The notes under the pieces: model-generated
Seen by the model: only the letters and a program-made list of their open reading frames with translations
Databases searched by the model: none
Told to the model about the DNA's origin: nothing
Shown: positions 17,191-28,698 of the stretch, piece after piece
Layout: the number at the start of each line of letters is the position of its first letter
How positions within the stretch are numbered: the first letter of the stretch is position 1
Source: Gammaproteobacteria bacterium
GTDB lineage: Bacteria; Pseudomonadota; Gammaproteobacteria; HK1
DNA: 64,000 nucleotides
NCBI GenBank assembly: GCA_965214795.1
Contig: OZ243976.1
Coordinates: 4,673,783 to 4,737,782 of the forward strand
Direction of reading: 5' to 3'
Translations under genes and position numbers: made by a program

Positions 17191-19333
17191 CGAACTCCAC
17201 GATCGGCTGGTCCACGGCGAGGCTCGCCCCCGGCTCCGCGAGGACCGCGGCCACCGTCCCGTCCTGCTCCGCACGCAGGAGGTTCTCCATCTTCATCGCC
17301 TCGACCACCGCCACCTCCTCTCCCGCCTTCACCCGATCGCCCGGCCCGACCGCGACCCGCACCAGGAGGCCCGGCATCGGCGAGAGGAGGAAACGCGAGA
17401 GGTCGGGGGGGCGCTTCACCGGCATCAGGGCCCGCAGGGCGGCGGCCCGTCGGCTCAGCACCCGATAGAGGTCGGCGTGTCCGGCGTGGGTCAGCCGGAA
17501 CCCGTGCCCGCGCCGTTCGACCTGGACCGCGAGCGGCGCCCCGTTCACCGTCCCCTCGAAGCAGTCGAGCCCCGGCCGCCAGCCGGTCTCGACCCGATAT
17601 CGAGCCCGTTCCTCCCCGTGCGCCATCTCGACCACCCCGCCCGCGCCCCGAGGGAGGGAGACGGGGTGCGCCCGCTCGCCCCGATCGTCCTCCCCCGCGC
17701 CGGACTCGCCGCCGACCAGCACCACGTACTCCCGATCCACCCCATCGAACGGGTTCCCGGCCTCGGCGGGAGACCCGACCGCGGCGTTCAGCCGATCGAT
17801 CTCCCGACGCATCCACGCCGCGACCACGACGAGGTGCGCGGGCTCCGGCGGGGCTACCCGATCCGCCGCGAACCCGTCGGGAAAGTGCTCGTCAATGAAC
17901 GCGGTCGACAGCTCGCCGGCCCGGAACGCGGGGTGCCGGGCAAGCGCGGCGAGGAACGGGAGGTTGGTGGTCACCCCGCGCACGGTGTAGCGGTCGAGGG
18001 CGAGCTCGAGCCGATCGAGCGCCTCGTTCCGGTCCCGGCCGGCAGTGACGAGCTTCGCGATCATCGGGTCGTACCACACCGCGACCTCGCCGCCCTCCTC
18101 CACCCCGTCGTCGACCCGCACCCCGGCGCCGGCGCCGGCCGCCGCCTCTGCCCCATCCGCCGGCTCCGACGGCGGCACCGACAGCGGCACCGAAACCAGC
18201 GTCCCCGCCGACCCCGACGCCTCCGGGCCGCGCCCGCCCGTCGCCCACGGCGGCCGGTACCGGAGGAGCCTTCCGGTCGCGGGCAGGAAGTCCCGTTCGG
18301 GATCCTCCGCGTACACCCGCGCCTCCATCGCCCAGCCGTCCATCCGAACGTCGTCCTGGGTGAACGGCAACCGCTCCCCGGCCGCAATCCGGATCATCCA
18401 CTCCACCAGATCGAGGCCGGTGACCGCCTCCGTGACCGGATGCTCCACCTGGAGCCGGGTGTTCATCTCGAGGAAGTAGAACCGGCGCTCCGGATCCACG
18501 ATGAACTCGACGGTGCCGGCCGATACGTAGCCGGCCGCCCGCGCGAGGGCCACCGCCTGGGCGCCCATCCGTTCCCGCATCGCCCCGTCGACGAAGGGGG
18601 ACGGCGCCTCCTCGAGCACCTTCTGGTGCCGGCGCTGCACCGAGCACTCGCGCTCCCCGAGGTGAAGCACGTTCCCGTGCCGATCCGCCAGCACCTGGAC
18701 CTCGATGTGCCGCGGGCGCTCCACGTAGCGCTCGACGAAGATCCGCCCGTCGCCGAAGCTCGCGAGCGCCTCGCTCGTCGCGCCGCGGAATCCGTCCCGG
18801 ACCTCGTTCTCCCCGGCCGCGATCCGCATCCCCTTGCCGCCGCCCCCCGCCGAAGCCTTGAGCATCACCGGGTACCCGATCTCGCGAGCCACCGCGACCG
18901 CCTCGTCCACGTCGGCGAGCGCCCGCCCCACCCCCGGGATCGTGTCGACGCCGGCGTCGAGGGCGAGCTGGCGCGACTCGATCTTGTCGCCCATCGCCCG
19001 GATCGCGGCCGGGGGCGGCCCGATGAACGCGATGCCGGCGGCGGCGAGCGCCTCCACGAACCCCGCGTTCTCGGAGAGGAACCCGAACCCGGGGTGGACC
19101 GCATCCGCCCCCGTCGTCCGCGCCGCCTCCACCACCGCCCCGATGGCGAGATAGCTCTCCGCCGACGGAGGCGGACCCACGCACACCGCCGCATCGGCGA
19201 TGCGCACGTGCGGCGCGTCCTCGTCCGCCTCGGAGTAGATCGCCGCGGTGGAGATGCCCATGCGGCGCGCGGTCCGCGCGATGCGGCACGCGATCTCGCC
19301 CCGGTTCGCGATGAGGATCCGCTCGTAGCTCAT
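17180..19333 (-). CDS. pccA: Propionyl/acetyl-CoA carboxylase alpha subunit (biotin carboxylase plus BCCP)
   Basis: 717 aa. ILIANRGEIACRI, ATP-grasp GGGGKGMRIA, C-terminal biotinylation motif VVEAMKMEN. Confidence 0.9.
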   Translation of the reverse strand: MSYERILIANRGEIACRIARTARRMGISTAAIYSEADEDAPHVRIADAAVCVGPPPSAESYLAIGAVVEAARTTGADAVHPGFGFLSENAGFVEALAAAGIAFIGPPPAAIRAMGDKIESRQLALDAGVDTIPGVGRALADVDEAVAVAREIGYPVMLKASAGGGGKGMRIAAGENEVRDGFRGATSEALASFGDGRIFVERYVERPRHIEVQVLADRHGNVLHLGERECSVQRRHQKVLEEAPSPFVDGAMRERMGAQAVALARAAGYVSAGTVEFIVDPERRFYFLEMNTRLQVEHPVTEAVTGLDLVEWMIRIAAGERLPFTQDDVRMDGWAMEARVYAEDPERDFLPATGRLLRYRPPWATGGRGPEASGSAGTLVSVPLSVPPSEPADGAEAAAGAGAGVRVDDGVEEGGEVAVWYDPMIAKLVTAGRDRNEALDRLELALDRYTVRGVTTNLPFLAALARHPAFRAGELSTAFIDEHFPDGFAADRVAPPEPAHLVVVAAWMRREIDRLNAAVGSPAEAGNPFDGVDREYVVLVGGESGAGEDDRGERAHPVSLPRGAGGVVEMAHGEERARYRVETGWRPGLDCFEGTVNGAPLAVQVERRGHGFRLTHAGHADLYRVLSRRAAALRALMPVKRPPDLSRFLLSPMPGLLVRVAVGPGDRVKAGEEVAVVEAMKMENLLRAEQDGTVAAVLAEPGASLAVDQPIVEFEAP

Positions 19334-19352
19334 GGGCTCGGACCGCCGGTGC

Positions 19353-20885
19353 CTAGAGCGGGATGTTGTCGTGCTTCTTCCACGGGTTCTCGAGCCGCTT
19401 GCCGTGCAGCATCGCGAGCGCCCCGCAGAGCCGCCTCCGGGTATTGCGCGGCAGCACCACGTCGTCGATGAAGCCGAGCCGGCCGGCGACGAAGGGGTTC
19501 GCGAACTTCGTGCGGTACTCCTCGGTGCGGGCGGCCATCTTCTCCGGGTCGTCCCGGTCGGCCCGAAAGATGATCTCCACCGCCCCCTCCGGCCCCATCA
19601 CCGCGATCTCGGCCGACGGCCACGCGTAGTTCACGTCGCCCCGCAGGTGCTTCGAGGACATGACGTCATAGGCCCCCCCGTACGCCTTGCGGGTGATGAG
19701 GGTGACCTTGGGGACCGTCGCCTCGGCGTACGCGAAGAGCAGCTTCGCGCCGTGCCGGATGATCCCGCCGTATTCCTGGGCGGTGCCCGGGAGGAACCCC
19801 GGCACGTCCACGAAGGTGACGATGGGGATGTGGAAACAGTCGCAGAAGCGCACGAACCGGGCCGCCTTGCGGCTCGAGTCGATGTCGAGACACCCCGCGA
19901 GCACCGCCGGCTGGTTGGCCACGATCCCGGCCGGCGCCCCGTCGAAGCGGGCGAACCCGGTCACGATGTTGCGGGCGAAATCGGGCTGGAGCTCGAAGAA
20001 CTCGCCCTCGTCCACCACCCGCGAGACGAGCTCGTGGATGTCGTAAGGCCGGTTGGGGTTCGCGGGCACGAGGCGATCGAGGGCGGGCTCCGGCCGGTCG
20101 GCCGGGTCCCGGGTCGGACGGATCGGAGGGGTCTCCCGGTTGCTCGCGGGAAGGAAGCCGAGGAACTCGCGCACCCGCAGGAGCGCGTCCACGTCGTCCT
20201 CGAACGCGAGGTCCGCGACCCCGGAGCGGCCCGCGTGGGTAAGCGCTCCCCCGAGCTCCTCCTGGCTCACCTCCTCGTGGGTCACCGTCTTCACCACGTC
20301 GGGTCCGGTGACGAACATGTAGGACGAGTCCTTCACCATGAAGATGAAGTCGGTCATCGCGGGCGAGTAGACGGCGCCTCCCGCGCACGGCCCCATGACG
20401 AGCGAGACCTGCGGGATCACCCCCGACGCGAGGACGTTGCGCTGGAACACCTCGGCGTAGCCGGCGAGCGACGCCACCCCCTCCTGGATCCGGGCGCCGC
20501 CCGAGTCGTTGAGGCCCACCACCGGGGCGCCCACCTGCATCGCCTGGTCCATCACCTTGCAGATCTTCCGCGCGTGGGCGGCGGAGAGGGAGCCACCGAA
20601 GACAGTGAAGTCCTGGCTGAACGCGAACACCCGCCGGCCGTTCACGAGGCCGTGGCCGACCACCACCCCGTCGCCGGGGATCCGCTGCCCGGCCATCCCG
20701 AAGTCGTGGGAGTCGTGCTCGACGAACATGTCCCACTCTTCGAAGGAGCCCTCGTCGAAGAGCAGCTCCAGGCGCTCGCGCGCGGTGAGCTTGCCCTTGG
20801 CGTGCTGGGTCGCGATCCGTCTCTCGCCGCCGCCGAGGCGGGCGGCGGCCCGCCGGCGCTCAAGCTCCCGGATGATGTCCTGCAC
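19353..20885 (-). CDS. pccB: Propionyl-CoA carboxylase beta subunit (carboxyltransferase)
   Basis: 510 aa. [27 protein letters not shown], full-length carboxyl_trans pattern. Confidence 0.92.
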   Translation of the reverse strand: MQDIIRELERRRAAARLGGGERRIATQHAKGKLTARERLELLFDEGSFEEWDMFVEHDSHDFGMAGQRIPGDGVVVGHGLVNGRRVFAFSQDFTVFGGSLSAAHARKICKVMDQAMQVGAPVVGLNDSGGARIQEGVASLAGYAEVFQRNVLASGVIPQVSLVMGPCAGGAVYSPAMTDFIFMVKDSSYMFVTGPDVVKTVTHEEVSQEELGGALTHAGRSGVADLAFEDDVDALLRVREFLGFLPASNRETPPIRPTRDPADRPEPALDRLVPANPNRPYDIHELVSRVVDEGEFFELQPDFARNIVTGFARFDGAPAGIVANQPAVLAGCLDIDSSRKAARFVRFCDCFHIPIVTFVDVPGFLPGTAQEYGGIIRHGAKLLFAYAEATVPKVTLITRKAYGGAYDVMSSKHLRGDVNYAWPSAEIAVMGPEGAVEIIFRADRDDPEKMAARTEEYRTKFANPFVAGRLGFIDDVVLPRNTRRRLCGALAMLHGKRLENPWKKHDNIPL

Positions 20886-20981
20886 GGTCTTGCGTCGGCT
20901 GGTCGGAGCGGACCGGAGCGCGATCGAACGGTACCGAACGTACGCGAGCAGCGGAGAGCCGGCCGGGGATCAGGCCGGGGC

Positions 20982-23132
<2,151 letters not shown>

Positions 23133-23258
23133 GCCGCCGCCCTCCTCGTCTCTCGCCCCGCCGCCCGCCGCCGCGCGCCTCGGAGGCGGGGAACGCTCGA
23201 AACCGACTGCGAAAGATAACCCTTTCCGCCGCCGAACCCTAGCCGGCGAGCAGTGGGC

Positions 23259-23402
23259 CAGCAATTCTCATTTTGCTCGTCGGGTTCCGCGGCAGGACCG
23301 GCACGACCGTCGATCGGCCCCCCGATCGGCCCCGGATCGAGTCGCAAGGAGAAGACGGCTTGCGGCTCAAGGTGAAGTCAGGCGCCAAAATGAGAACTGC
23401 TG
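23259..23402 (+). mobile_element. MITE-A copy 2 (144 bp)
   Basis: Same ends as copy 1, with one mismatch in the right TIR. Flanked by the 9-bp duplication GCAGTGGGC (23250-23258 and 23403-23411). Lies between the divergent mutase and ppiB starts. Confidence 0.85.
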
Positions 23403-23528
23403 GCAGTGGGCCGCGGCCCGATCTGCGACAATGGCCGGCAATGGCGGACGGCCCAGGCCGACGGGACGGCGCGTCGTCCCGACCGCGCGTCCCACCTCTC
23501 TACCCGCTCCACCCGCCGGAGTCACCCG

Positions 23529-24026
23529 ATGCAAGCCACGATCACGACCTCCAAGGGCACCATCAAGCTGAACCTCTTCCCCGATCAGGCGCCGGTCACG
23601 GTGGCGAATTTCGTCAACCTCGCGTCGCGCGGCTACTACGACGGGCTCAAGTTCCACCGTGTGCTCGCGCGTTTCATGATCCAGGGGGGCTGCCCGCGCG
23701 GCACCGGAACCGGGGGACCGGGCTACCAGTTCGAGGACGAGTTCGACCCGTCGCTTCGCCATGACCGGCCGGGGCGCCTCTCCATGGCGAACGCCGGCCC
23801 CGGCACCAACGGATCGCAGTTCTTCATCACCCACGTGCCGACGCCGTGGCTGGACGATGCGCATTCGATCTTCGGCGAGGTCGCCGGGACGGACGATCAG
23901 GAAGTCGTCAACGCCATCGTCCAGGGAGATGTCATCGAGTCCGTCTCGATCAACGGGGACACCGAGGCGCTGCTCGCCGGTCAGGCCGACCGCATCGCGG
24001 AGTGGAACACTCGCCTCGCCCGCTAG
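23529..24026 (+). CDS. ppiB: Cyclophilin-type peptidyl-prolyl cis-trans isomerase
   Basis: The internal start [31 protein letters not shown] is ATG 23529. [29 protein letters not shown]. Confidence 0.9.
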   Translation: MQATITTSKGTIKLNLFPDQAPVTVANFVNLASRGYYDGLKFHRVLARFMIQGGCPRGTGTGGPGYQFEDEFDPSLRHDRPGRLSMANAGPGTNGSQFFITHVPTPWLDDAHSIFGEVAGTDDQEVVNAIVQGDVIESVSINGDTEALLAGQADRIAEWNTRLAR

Positions 24027-24165
24027 CGCAGTCCACTCCGCCGACAGTCGCGCCCGGCTGTACGCGGGGTGGGCGTCGGCCGCCCGCCATTCGCCGAGCC
24101 GTCCTCGGGGAGATCACTGACGTCCCGGCCGATCGCCGGCCCGGCTTGGACTTCGGCCCGTTCCC

Positions 24166-24552
24166 TTACCAAAGGCGATTCACACCGTAGCGATCGAATA
24201 TGGTGTCGACTGAGACTACCGCCAGTTCATGCGCTAGAGCTTGGGCGATGAGCATTCGATCGAACGGGTCGCGGTGAGGTCCGGCGAGTCGCCCCGCGCG
24301 CTCAGCATCATGAACCGTAATCGCCAACTCCTCGAAACCTTGACCGGCGATTGCTCCTCCTACGTCCCGCACCAATTCCTCGCTACCAGGCAACTTGCCG
24401 AGACGGTGCTTCGTCGCGACCTCCCACGCTGAAGCGGCACTGACCATGACATCGTTCGTGGTGTCTCCGATTGCCCGACAGGCGGCGTGCGACAGGCGTG
24501 GACTGCCGGAGAGCCACCAGAGAAAGGCATGCGTGTCCAGCAACAACCGCAC
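24166..24552 (-). CDS. vapC: PIN-domain toxin (VapC family)
   Basis: MRLLLDTHAFLWW...SAASAWEVATK...HRDPFDRMLIAQA. Confidence 0.85.
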   Translation of the reverse strand: MRLLLDTHAFLWWLSGSPRLSHAACRAIGDTTNDVMVSAASAWEVATKHRLGKLPGSEELVRDVGGAIAGQGFEELAITVHDAERAGRLAGPHRDPFDRMLIAQALAHELAVVSVDTIFDRYGVNRLW

Positions 24553-24554
24553 GG

Positions 24555-24824
24555 CTACTTCCCCTCCTTTCGCTCTCGGACCTCCGGCTCAGGCTCACCC
24601 TCCCACGCTCTCAGCTCTTCCTCCGGAAGCGGGTCGAAGAAGCTGTTCTCAACGAGGAGGGTGCCCTTCATGGCGCCGAACTTGCGCTTGGCTTGGAGGT
24701 TGCACCGGACAAGCCGCGCAACGGGTACACCCCGCCGAGCGATGACCACCTCCTCCCCCGCTTCGACCTGCGCGAGCAAGCGGGACAACTGCGTCTTGGC
24801 CTGGTGAACGTTCACGATGGACAT
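24555..24824 (-). CDS. Phd/YefM-family antitoxin
   Basis: MSIVNVHQAKTQLSRLLAQVEAGEEVVIARRGVPVARLV. It ends 2 nt before the PIN gene start. Confidence 0.85.
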   Translation of the reverse strand: MSIVNVHQAKTQLSRLLAQVEAGEEVVIARRGVPVARLVRCNLQAKRKFGAMKGTLLVENSFFDPLPEEELRAWEGEPEPEVRERKEGK

Positions 24825-24990
24825 CGGGCGTCTCCCGGAAAGCGGATTTAGCTAGAAATATAGCTAGATCGCATGTCTTGTCAAACCCCGGCCGCGAGCG
24901 AGCTCACCAGCCGGCAACGCCGTTTGTGCGCGCCGGATCGTCTCCCGCAGGCTGAAGAGCGCCCCCAGCCGGCGGCGGCGGCGAGCGCGA

Positions 24991-25662
24991 TCAGGTTTCG
25001 GTTGTCCGTCTCCGAATAGTCCGAAGTTCCGGGGTTGGAAGAAACTCGGCGAGTGCATTGAACCACCGTATGAGATCCGGCAGTTTACAGTGGGTGTTTA
25101 CAGAGCTCGGATTGGGGGTGACGAAGACGCCGGCCCGGCCGATGGCCGCTTGTCGAGGACCCAGGCCCGTTCCGGCGGCGTTCCATCCCGCGTGACGGGC
25201 GAATTTGCGCCACGCCTCCACGCCCTGAAACCATACGACCCTCGGTTCAAACCGGAGGACGAGCGCCTCCGGACGCGCCGCGCCCTCGTGGTACTCGCGC
25301 GCGCCAAGCCCCGCGCTGCCGCGGGTGGGGCGCTTCACGATGTCGGTGAAGCCGATCCCGTAGCGCCCGACGAGCACGTCGATGGCGTCCGGGCCAGGCG
25401 TGAGCGGCGCATCGACGAGCCGCGACGCATTGAGAGCGCACCAGAACCGATTGCGGGGGTTGGCGAAATGGAATCCCGCCCGCACCGAGGGCAATGATGG
25501 ATTGATACCGACGGAAACCGCGCGGAGCCCCTCGCGAACCGCATCAGGAAGGGTCTTCACAGCCTGTGCGGGGCTCGACCCGGGATTGTTCGAGGGATCT
25601 CTCACGCAGCCCCCTGCCCGTCGTCGCGAACGTGTTGCATCGGGGGCAGCGTCTGGTAGCAT
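24991..25662 (-). CDS. mug: Mismatch-specific uracil-DNA glycosylase (Mug/family 2 UDG)
   Basis: LPDAVREGLRAVSVGINPSLPSVRAGFHFANPRNRFW...VFVTPNPSSVN. ATG at 25662 or, perhaps more likely, GTG at 25560. The upstream 100 codons of ORF 24991..25965 look non-coding. Confidence 0.75.
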   Translation of the reverse strand: MLPDAAPDATRSRRRAGGCVRDPSNNPGSSPAQAVKTLPDAVREGLRAVSVGINPSLPSVRAGFHFANPRNRFWCALNASRLVDAPLTPGPDAIDVLVGRYGIGFTDIVKRPTRGSAGLGAREYHEGAARPEALVLRFEPRVVWFQGVEAWRKFARHAGWNAAGTGLGPRQAAIGRAGVFVTPNPSSVNTHCKLPDLIRWFNALAEFLPTPELRTIRRRTTET

Positions 25663-25674
25663 CGCATCGGCAAT

Positions 25675-25932
25675 ATGAAGACGATATCGATCACAATAGA
25701 CGAACCGCTGCTCCGACGGCTGGACCAGGCCGCCAAGGCCGCCGGCAAGGCGCGGTCGGATCTGTTTCGCGTAGCGTTGACAGAGTGGCTCGCCGCCGGG
25801 CGGCGGCGCCAGTTGGCGGCGGAAGATCGGGCGGGGTACGAAGCGCAACCGGTTGGCGCGGACGAATTCGGTGGCCTCATCGCCGCGCAGGACGGCAACG
25901 CGTGGGATGCGGGCGACGGGAGTGACTGGTGA
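25675..25932 (+). CDS. Ribbon-helix-helix antitoxin (CopG/MazE-like)
   Basis: MKTISITIDEPLLRRLDQAAKAAGKARSDLFRVALTEWL. The stop overlaps the mazF-like start. Confidence 0.75.
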   Translation: MKTISITIDEPLLRRLDQAAKAAGKARSDLFRVALTEWLAAGRRRQLAAEDRAGYEAQPVGADEFGGLIAAQDGNAWDAGDGSDW

Positions 25933-26243
25933 GGCGCGGCGAGATCTGGATGTTCCGGTTCGCACCGCCCGACAAGCAGCGGCCGGTGCTGCTCCTGACC
26001 CGCTCCGACATGATCCCGGTCCTGCACAGCGTCACCGTCGCGCCGCTCACACGCACGATCCGCGGCGTGGCATCGGAAGTCGTCGTCGGCATCGACAGTG
26101 GGTTGAAGACTGATTCCGCCATCAACCTGCATCACGTCGCAACGATCCCGAAAGCCGGCCTGCGACGTTTCATCGGCGCCGTCCCTCCGGCGGTCCTTGC
26201 GCGAGTCCGCACGGCGCTGCTGTTCGCTCTCGGCTTCGAGTGA
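25929..26243 (+). CDS. mazF: MazF/PemK-family endoribonuclease toxin
   Basis: RRGEIWMFRFAPPDKQRPVLLLTRSD...VTVAPLTRTIRGVASEVVV...SAINLHHVATI. Confidence 0.85.
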   Translation: MRRGEIWMFRFAPPDKQRPVLLLTRSDMIPVLHSVTVAPLTRTIRGVASEVVVGIDSGLKTDSAINLHHVATIPKAGLRRFIGAVPPAVLARVRTALLFALGFE

Positions 26244-26342
26244 TGTCGAACCTGCGGCCGGGGCGCCACTCCAAGCAGCGCGACGACTCGTTTCGCGCCC
26301 CTCCCGCCATTCCACGAGGCACCGTGGCCGTCGCTTGACGAG

Positions 26343-28253
26343 CTAGTCGTTCGCATCGGCCGCGGGGTAGCCGATCGAGCGGAGGGCGTCCGCGATCTCG
26401 TCGAGGCTCGCCGGGTCGTCGATGGTGGCCGGCATCCGCCACTCCTCCCCGTTCGCGATCTTCTGCATGGTGCCGCGCAGGATCTTGCCGGAGCGGGTCT
26501 TGGGCAGGCGCTCCACCACCACCGCGGTCTTGAACGAAGCGACCGGCCCGATGCGCTCGCGCACGAGGGCCACCGACTCGGACACGACCTCCGGCGCGCT
26601 CCGGCCGCAGCCCGCGTTGAGCACCAGGAACCCGAGGGGGGCCTGCCCCTTGAGGGCGTCGTCCACCCCCGCGACCGCGCACTCCGCGACGTCCGGGTGG
26701 GCGGCGAGGACCTCCTCCATCGCCCCGGTGGAGAGGCGATGCCCGGCGACGTTGATGATGTCGTCGGTCCGCGACATGACGTAGACGTAGTCGTCCTCGT
26801 CCATGTACCCCGCGTCCGCCGTCTTGTAATAGCCGGGAAACTCCGTGAGATAGCTCTCGACGAAGCGCTCGTCCGCCCGCCACAGGGTGGGGAACGTCCC
26901 CGGCGGAAGCGGGAGCTTGACGACGAGCGCGCCGATCCGGCTTCGCTCCACCTCGTCCGCATTCTCGTCCACCACTCGCACGTCCATGCCCGGAACGCCC
27001 CGGGTCGGCGACCCTTCCTTGACCGGAAGCGGCTCGATGCCGACGCAGTTCGCGCAGATCGACCAGCCCGTCTCGGTCTGCCACCAGTGGTCGATCACCG
27101 GCACCCGGAGCTTGTCGCGCGCCCAGTTGAGGGTGTCCGGATCGGTGCGCTCGCCGGCGAGGAACAGGGTCCGGAAGGCGGAGAGGTCGTAGCGCCCGAT
27201 ATGCTCCCCGGCCGGGTCCTCGCGCTTGATCGCACGGAACGCGGTGGGGGCGGTGAACATCACCCGCACGTCGTGCTCGGAGACGATCCGCCAGAAGGTG
27301 CCGGGGTCGGGCGTGCCCACCGGCTTGCCCTCGAACACGATCGTCGTGTTGCCGGCGAAGAGCGGAGCGTAGACGATGTAGGAGTGCCCCACGACCCAGC
27401 CGATGTCCGAGGCGGCCCAGAACACCTCGCCCGGATCGACCCCGTAGATGTTCTTCATCGACCACTTGAGGGCCACGATGTGCCCGCCGTTGTCGCGCAC
27501 CACTCCCTTCGGCCGGCCGGTGGTGCCGGAGGTGTACAGGATGTAGAGGGGATCGGTGGCGGCGACCGGCACGCACTCGTGCGGCTCGGCGCCGGCGAGG
27601 AAGTCGCCCCAATCGAGGTCGCGCGCCGGGTCGAGCGCGCACGCATGCTCGGGGCGCTGGAGGATGACACATCGCTCCGGGCGGTGGCGGGCGAGCGCGA
27701 TCGCCCCGTCGAGGAGCGGCTTGTACTCGACGATGCGTCCGGGCTCGATCCCGCACGAAGCGCTGAAGATCACCTTCGGCTCGCAGTCGTCGATGCGCCC
27801 GGCGAGCTCTTTCGACGCGAACCCGCCGAACACCACGCTGTGCACCGCCCCGAGGCGCGCGCAGGCGAGCATCGCGACCACCGCCTCGGGCACCATGGGC
27901 ATGTAGATGATCACCCGATCCCCGCGCCCGACCCCGAGCCGGGCCAGCGCCCCGGCGCAGCGCGCGGCCGCATCCTGAAGCTCGGCGTAGGTGAGGCGCG
28001 CCTTGCGACCGGTGATCGGGCTGTCGTAGACGATGGCCGACTGCTCGCCGCGGCCCTCCTCGACGTGCAGGTCGACCGCGTTGTAGCAGGTGTTGACCTC
28101 GGCTCCCGCGAACCAGCGGTAGAACGGCGCCCGGCCGTCGTCGAGCACCCGATCCCAGCGGCGGTGCCACGAGACGGCCTCGGCCGCCTCCCCCCAGAAC
28201 CCCTCGGGGTCGCGGAGGGAACGCTCGAAGACGGCGTCGAATCGGCTGCTCAT
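26343..28253 (-). CDS. prpE: Propionate-CoA ligase / acyl-CoA synthetase (AMP-forming)
   Basis: ORF 26343..28451. The start MSSRFDAVFERSLRDPEGFWGEAAE is ATG 28253-28251. AMP motif YTSGTTGRPKGV and C-terminal LPKTRSGKILR. Confidence 0.85.
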   Translation of the reverse strand: MSSRFDAVFERSLRDPEGFWGEAAEAVSWHRRWDRVLDDGRAPFYRWFAGAEVNTCYNAVDLHVEEGRGEQSAIVYDSPITGRKARLTYAELQDAAARCAGALARLGVGRGDRVIIYMPMVPEAVVAMLACARLGAVHSVVFGGFASKELAGRIDDCEPKVIFSASCGIEPGRIVEYKPLLDGAIALARHRPERCVILQRPEHACALDPARDLDWGDFLAGAEPHECVPVAATDPLYILYTSGTTGRPKGVVRDNGGHIVALKWSMKNIYGVDPGEVFWAASDIGWVVGHSYIVYAPLFAGNTTIVFEGKPVGTPDPGTFWRIVSEHDVRVMFTAPTAFRAIKREDPAGEHIGRYDLSAFRTLFLAGERTDPDTLNWARDKLRVPVIDHWWQTETGWSICANCVGIEPLPVKEGSPTRGVPGMDVRVVDENADEVERSRIGALVVKLPLPPGTFPTLWRADERFVESYLTEFPGYYKTADAGYMDEDDYVYVMSRTDDIINVAGHRLSTGAMEEVLAAHPDVAECAVAGVDDALKGQAPLGFLVLNAGCGRSAPEVVSESVALVRERIGPVASFKTAVVVERLPKTRSGKILRGTMQKIANGEEWRMPATIDDPASLDEIADALRSIGYPAADAND

Positions 28254-28416
28254 GGTCGGACCCCTCGTTCCTTTGCACGTCGGGCGAAAGATAACGCTTT
28301 CGCCGCCGCCGGAGAACGCCCCGCCCGTCCCCGCCCGTCCCCGGCTTTTCCACAGCGTGCTCAGCCCCTGGCGACAGCCGGCCCAACAGCCGGTCCACCG
28401 TTCCGCCACAGCTCGG

Positions 28417-28463
28417 CCACAAGATATGGGGTCGCTCGGTTCAGGCTCCACAACATGTTGACT
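28417..28463 (+). promoter_or_regulatory. Candidate tandem NrdR boxes upstream of nrdJ
   Basis: CCACAAGATATGGGG (28417-) and CCACAACATGTTGAC (28448-; the core CAACATGTTG is a perfect palindrome). Their starts are 31 bp apart, which is the three-helical-turn spacing typical of paired NrdR boxes. The match to the consensus is judged from memory. Confidence 0.45.
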
Positions 28464-28483
28464 TGTTCGGCTCGTCTGCTATC

Positions 28484-28669
28484 GTTAACACTCAAGTTTC
28501 GGGATTCATCGGCGGAAATGGATTCCCGCTTGCGCGGGAATGACGGCCGTGGCGACGAGGGCGGTTGCCGCGGAGGCGGCGTGTCTTGCGAACAATGACG
28601 TCATTCCCGCGCAAGCGGGAATCCATCGCCCGATTCCAGGCATTTTAAACCCCGAAACTTGAGGTTAAC
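28484..28669. repeat. 186-bp long-armed palindromic (MITE/REP-like) element in the nrdJ leader
   Basis: Ends GTTAACACTCAAGTTTCGGG... and ...CCCGAAACTTGAGGTTAAC. The inner arms GGATTCCCGCTTGCGCGGGAATGACG and CGTCATTCCCGCGCAAGCGGGAATCC each contain an ATTCCC-N8-GGGAAT hairpin. Confidence 0.7.
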
Positions 28670-28698
28670 AGTCCTTTTCGCCCCTGCCGGAGGCAACC

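Noticed and set aside
28254-28698. Cobalamin riboswitch upstream of the B12-dependent RNR
   Set aside because: I could not recognise a B12-box-like core. The leader is instead occupied by the palindromic repeat. An Rfam/Infernal scan would settle it.
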